The notes beneath the pieces were generated by a model that worked only from the letters and a program-made list of their open reading frames with translations, was not told the DNA's origin and made no database searches. This document shows positions 14,957 through 16,972 of a stretch of DNA of 16,972 nt, one piece after another. Made by a program: the position numbers and the translations under genes. Source of the stretch: Abditibacteriaceae bacterium (GTDB taxonomy: Bacteria; Armatimonadota; Abditibacteriia; Abditibacteriales; Abditibacteriaceae); the NCBI GenBank assembly GCA_031425655.1, contig JANPJS010000320.1:1-16972 (forward strand), given 5' to 3'. Numbering within the stretch: the stretch's first letter is position 1; every line of letters starts with the position of its first letter.

Positions 14957-14975
14957 TGCGATGAAAACTGTGATG
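14957..14975 (-). promoter_or_regulatory. Two CATCRCA direct repeats upstream of the ftsW RBS
   Basis: TGCGATGAAAACTGTGATG, 16/19 identical to 8183-8201. Confidence 0.5.
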
Positions 14976-14983
14976 TTAGGGCA

Positions 14984-15030
14984 GGCGCCACCCCCAAACC
15001 CCCTTACTAAGGGGGCTTGGGGGTCGCGCC
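14984..15030. repeat. Single-hairpin member of the CCCCC..CCCCCTT-N-AAGGGGG family
   Basis: GGCGCCACCCCCAAACCCCCTTACTAAGGGGGCTTGGGGGTCGCGCC has the same core as 1-31 and lies immediately after the murD stop. Confidence 0.85.
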
Positions 15031-15031
15031 G

Positions 15032-16477
15032 TTACAATGCGTATTTTTTGACCAGCGTGCGAAACATTTCGCCACGCTGCTCGAACGAACGAAACTGGCC
15101 GAACGAGGCGCACGCCGGACTGAGCAACACGATGCCGCCCGCCGGTGTAAGCTTTGAGGCCACCTTGACCGCTTGATCCAACGTGTGCGCGTCAATGACT
15201 TTGTCTTGCGACAATCCATGACGCAGCGCGCTGTCGGCGATAAGCCCGGCGGCCTGCCCGATGGTGATTAATGCGAAAACCCGCTTGGCGATAAGTTCGC
15301 CAAGCGGCTCGTAAGAAGCCGCGTCCAATTTCGCCAAGCCTCCGGCGATGAGCGTAATCGGCTCCTCGAAGGCGGCTACAGCGGCCATCGTCGCGGCGGG
15401 AATCGTGGCTTGGCTGTCGTTGACCCACATAACCGCGCCTTCCTTGACGATTTCCAAACGATGCGGCAGGCTCTCGAAATTTCGCACCGCTTCGATAATG
15501 GCTTCGCGGTGTGACACCACTTCGTCGCCCATCGAAGCGCCCAAAGCGGCTATGGCCGCTGCGACGTTCGATAAATTATGCGCGCCGCGCAATGGAATCG
15601 CTTCCAGTGGCACGACGGGAATCCATTCCTCGTTGTATTCCCAGCCGAGCCATTCCTGCGGCGCGTTGATGATGCGCGCTTCTTCAGCGCGAGGCGCGAG
15701 GCGCGCAGTCGAAACCATGCTGCGGGCGCGCAGGTTTTCGTTCCAACCCATGAAATCGCCCGTTCCATGCGCTAAATCCGCGACCGCCGCGTCGTCAATG
15801 TTGAAAACCGCAACGTCGCCTTCGTTTTGGTTGGCAAAGATTTTCAGCTTGGTATTCCAATATTGAAAAATCGTCGGATGATAATCGAGATGATCGGGCA
15901 AAAGATTGAGCAAAACCGCGATTTTCGGACGAAAAGTCGGCGCTTTTTCCAGTTGAAACGACGAAACTTCCACGACCGCCCACGAGTTTTCGGTTAAGCC
16001 ATTCAATTCGGCGACGAGCGGCGTGCCGGTATTTCCGGCCAAAACCACCTCGGCGCCGCAGGCGCGCATCATAGTGGCGAGCAGCCCCGCCGTCGTGCTT
16101 TTGCCTTTGGTGCCCGTCACGGCGATAATCGGCGCCGGGCAGTGGCGAAAGGCCAATTCCAACTCGCCGATGACTTCCACGCCGCGCGCCTCGGCGTCGT
16201 CAAGCAGCGATTTTATCGGATCGTGATGAATCTTCAAGCCCGGCGACAACACAATCGTCGAGCATTTTTCGATGTCCTCAAACTTATGTTCGCCGGTTTT
16301 GAGTTCCACGCCCAAACCGAGCAGTCGCCGCGCTTCGAGGCCCAATTCTTCGAGAGGCCGATCGTCGTAGCCAATCACGCGCTGCCCGCGCTCGGCGAGA
16401 AAACGCGCCGCCGGCAGCCCGGCGCGTGCCAATCCGATAACCGCGTAAAGTTCTCCCACTTGCTCGCTTGCTTGCAT
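15032..16477 (-). CDS. murD: UDP-N-acetylmuramoyl-L-alanine--D-glutamate ligase
   Basis: GLARAG, VLSPG, GELELA, AVTGTKGKSTT, AGNTG.P, VEVSSFQL, LNL.PDHLD, G.HN..N, LPHRLE, VNDSQAT, LIAGG, LLSPACASF.QF..FE.RG..F. Confidence 0.97.
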   Translation of the reverse strand: MQASEQVGELYAVIGLARAGLPAARFLAERGQRVIGYDDRPLEELGLEARRLLGLGVELKTGEHKFEDIEKCSTIVLSPGLKIHHDPIKSLLDDAEARGVEVIGELELAFRHCPAPIIAVTGTKGKSTTAGLLATMMRACGAEVVLAGNTGTPLVAELNGLTENSWAVVEVSSFQLEKAPTFRPKIAVLLNLLPDHLDYHPTIFQYWNTKLKIFANQNEGDVAVFNIDDAAVADLAHGTGDFMGWNENLRARSMVSTARLAPRAEEARIINAPQEWLGWEYNEEWIPVVPLEAIPLRGAHNLSNVAAAIAALGASMGDEVVSHREAIIEAVRNFESLPHRLEIVKEGAVMWVNDSQATIPAATMAAVAAFEEPITLIAGGLAKLDAASYEPLGELIAKRVFALITIGQAAGLIADSALRHGLSQDKVIDAHTLDQAVKVASKLTPAGGIVLLSPACASFGQFRSFEQRGEMFRTLVKKYAL

Positions 16478-16640
16478 ACCCTTTCAATCTTAACCGCGCA
16501 AAGCGGCAAATACCGGCTCATTTTCGGATAATCAGGCTGCGAATTTAGAAACCCGGCCCGAAATGGACGCAACAGAACGCCCACAACACCAAAAACACTC
16601 CACCACGCTATGACCTCGCAGTATTTTCTGTGTCTGCAAC

Positions 16641-16740
16641 CAAAGTAAGCGTTGTCATTCCAAAGCAAGCGTTGTCATTCCAAAGCAAGCGTTGTCATTC
16701 CAAAGCAAGCGTTGTCATTCCAAAGCAAGCGTTGTCATTC
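16641..16740 (+). repeat. Tandem array of five 20-bp units
   Basis: CAAAGCAAGCGTTGTCATTC x5 with no spacers; the first unit has one C>T change. Confidence 0.97.
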
Positions 16741-16856
16741 TGAGCGGAGCGAAGTGAGGAACGAACGGAGCGCAGTCGAAGAATCTTTTAAGTCACGCAA
16801 CCCAAACAAGATTCTTCGACTGCGCTCGTGCCTCGCTCCGCTCAGAATGACAACGC
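16729..16856. repeat. Inverted pair of GTCATTCTGAGCGGAGCGA...GTCGAAGAATCT REP-like units
   Basis: Left arm 16729-16788, right arm 16808-16856. Same terminal motifs as the units at 2979-3304 but a different internal hairpin. Confidence 0.9.
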
Positions 16857-16895
16857 CTATTTTTCGCCCATCATTCCTACTTTTCAGAGTGACTC

Positions 16896-16972
16896 TTACG
16901 GGAACCGGGGCAGCACTTTTAAATGCCACAAAATCAGTCCGATAGCCGACGTTACCAGATTTATCGCCCAGA
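16896..16972 (-). CDS. mraY: 3' end of probable phospho-N-acetylmuramoyl-pentapeptide transferase (partial)
   Basis: My translation reads ...WAINLVTSAIGLILWHLKVLPRFP*. This resembles the last MraY helix (RFWII...IGL) and sits directly upstream of murD-ftsW. Only 24 codons are visible. Confidence 0.65.
   Translation of the reverse strand, partial: WAINLVTSAIGLILWHLKVLPRFP

Noticed and set aside
16578..16608. MraZ-type GTGG boxes upstream of murD
   Set aside because: GTGG/TGG words are present on the minus strand but lack a regular 10-nt period.
16641..16740. CRISPR array
   Set aside because: Units are head-to-tail with no spacers, only 20 bp long, and no cas genes are present in the window.
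16375..16945. ORFs 16375-16668, 16652-16945 and 16735-16929
   Set aside because: They span repeats or overlap murD/mraY and are not protein-like.

Overview
GC-rich bacterial chromosomal window made mostly of housekeeping genes. Gene style and repeat content suggest Armatimonadota/Abditibacteriota, which is an inference only. Left to right: uronate-dehydrogenase-like SDR (-), thiD (+), PhyH-family dioxygenase (+), small secreted hypothetical (+), large secreted carbohydrate-binding protein with an apparently dead GH-like domain (-), proC-sepF-yggS (-), UDP-sugar 6-dehydrogenase (+), rpsT, a low-GC DUF4279-like gene, an orphan oppF-like ATPase, a BadF-type sugar kinase, ftsW, murD and the 3' end of probable mraY (all -). 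The most striking feature is non-coding. Nine intergenic gaps hold palindromic elements from at least six sequence families (7-, 8- and 10-bp tandem units in inverted arms, CCCCC/GGGGG hairpins, GTCATTCTGAG REP-like units). These include a 416-bp four-layer nested MITE with a TTA target duplication, and a 5x20-bp array grown out of a REP arm. A shared CATCRCA direct-repeat motif sits at identical spacing before the ribosome-binding sites of two cell-division genes, sepF and ftsW. Several genes look leaderless. No CRISPR array, RNA gene or transposase was found.
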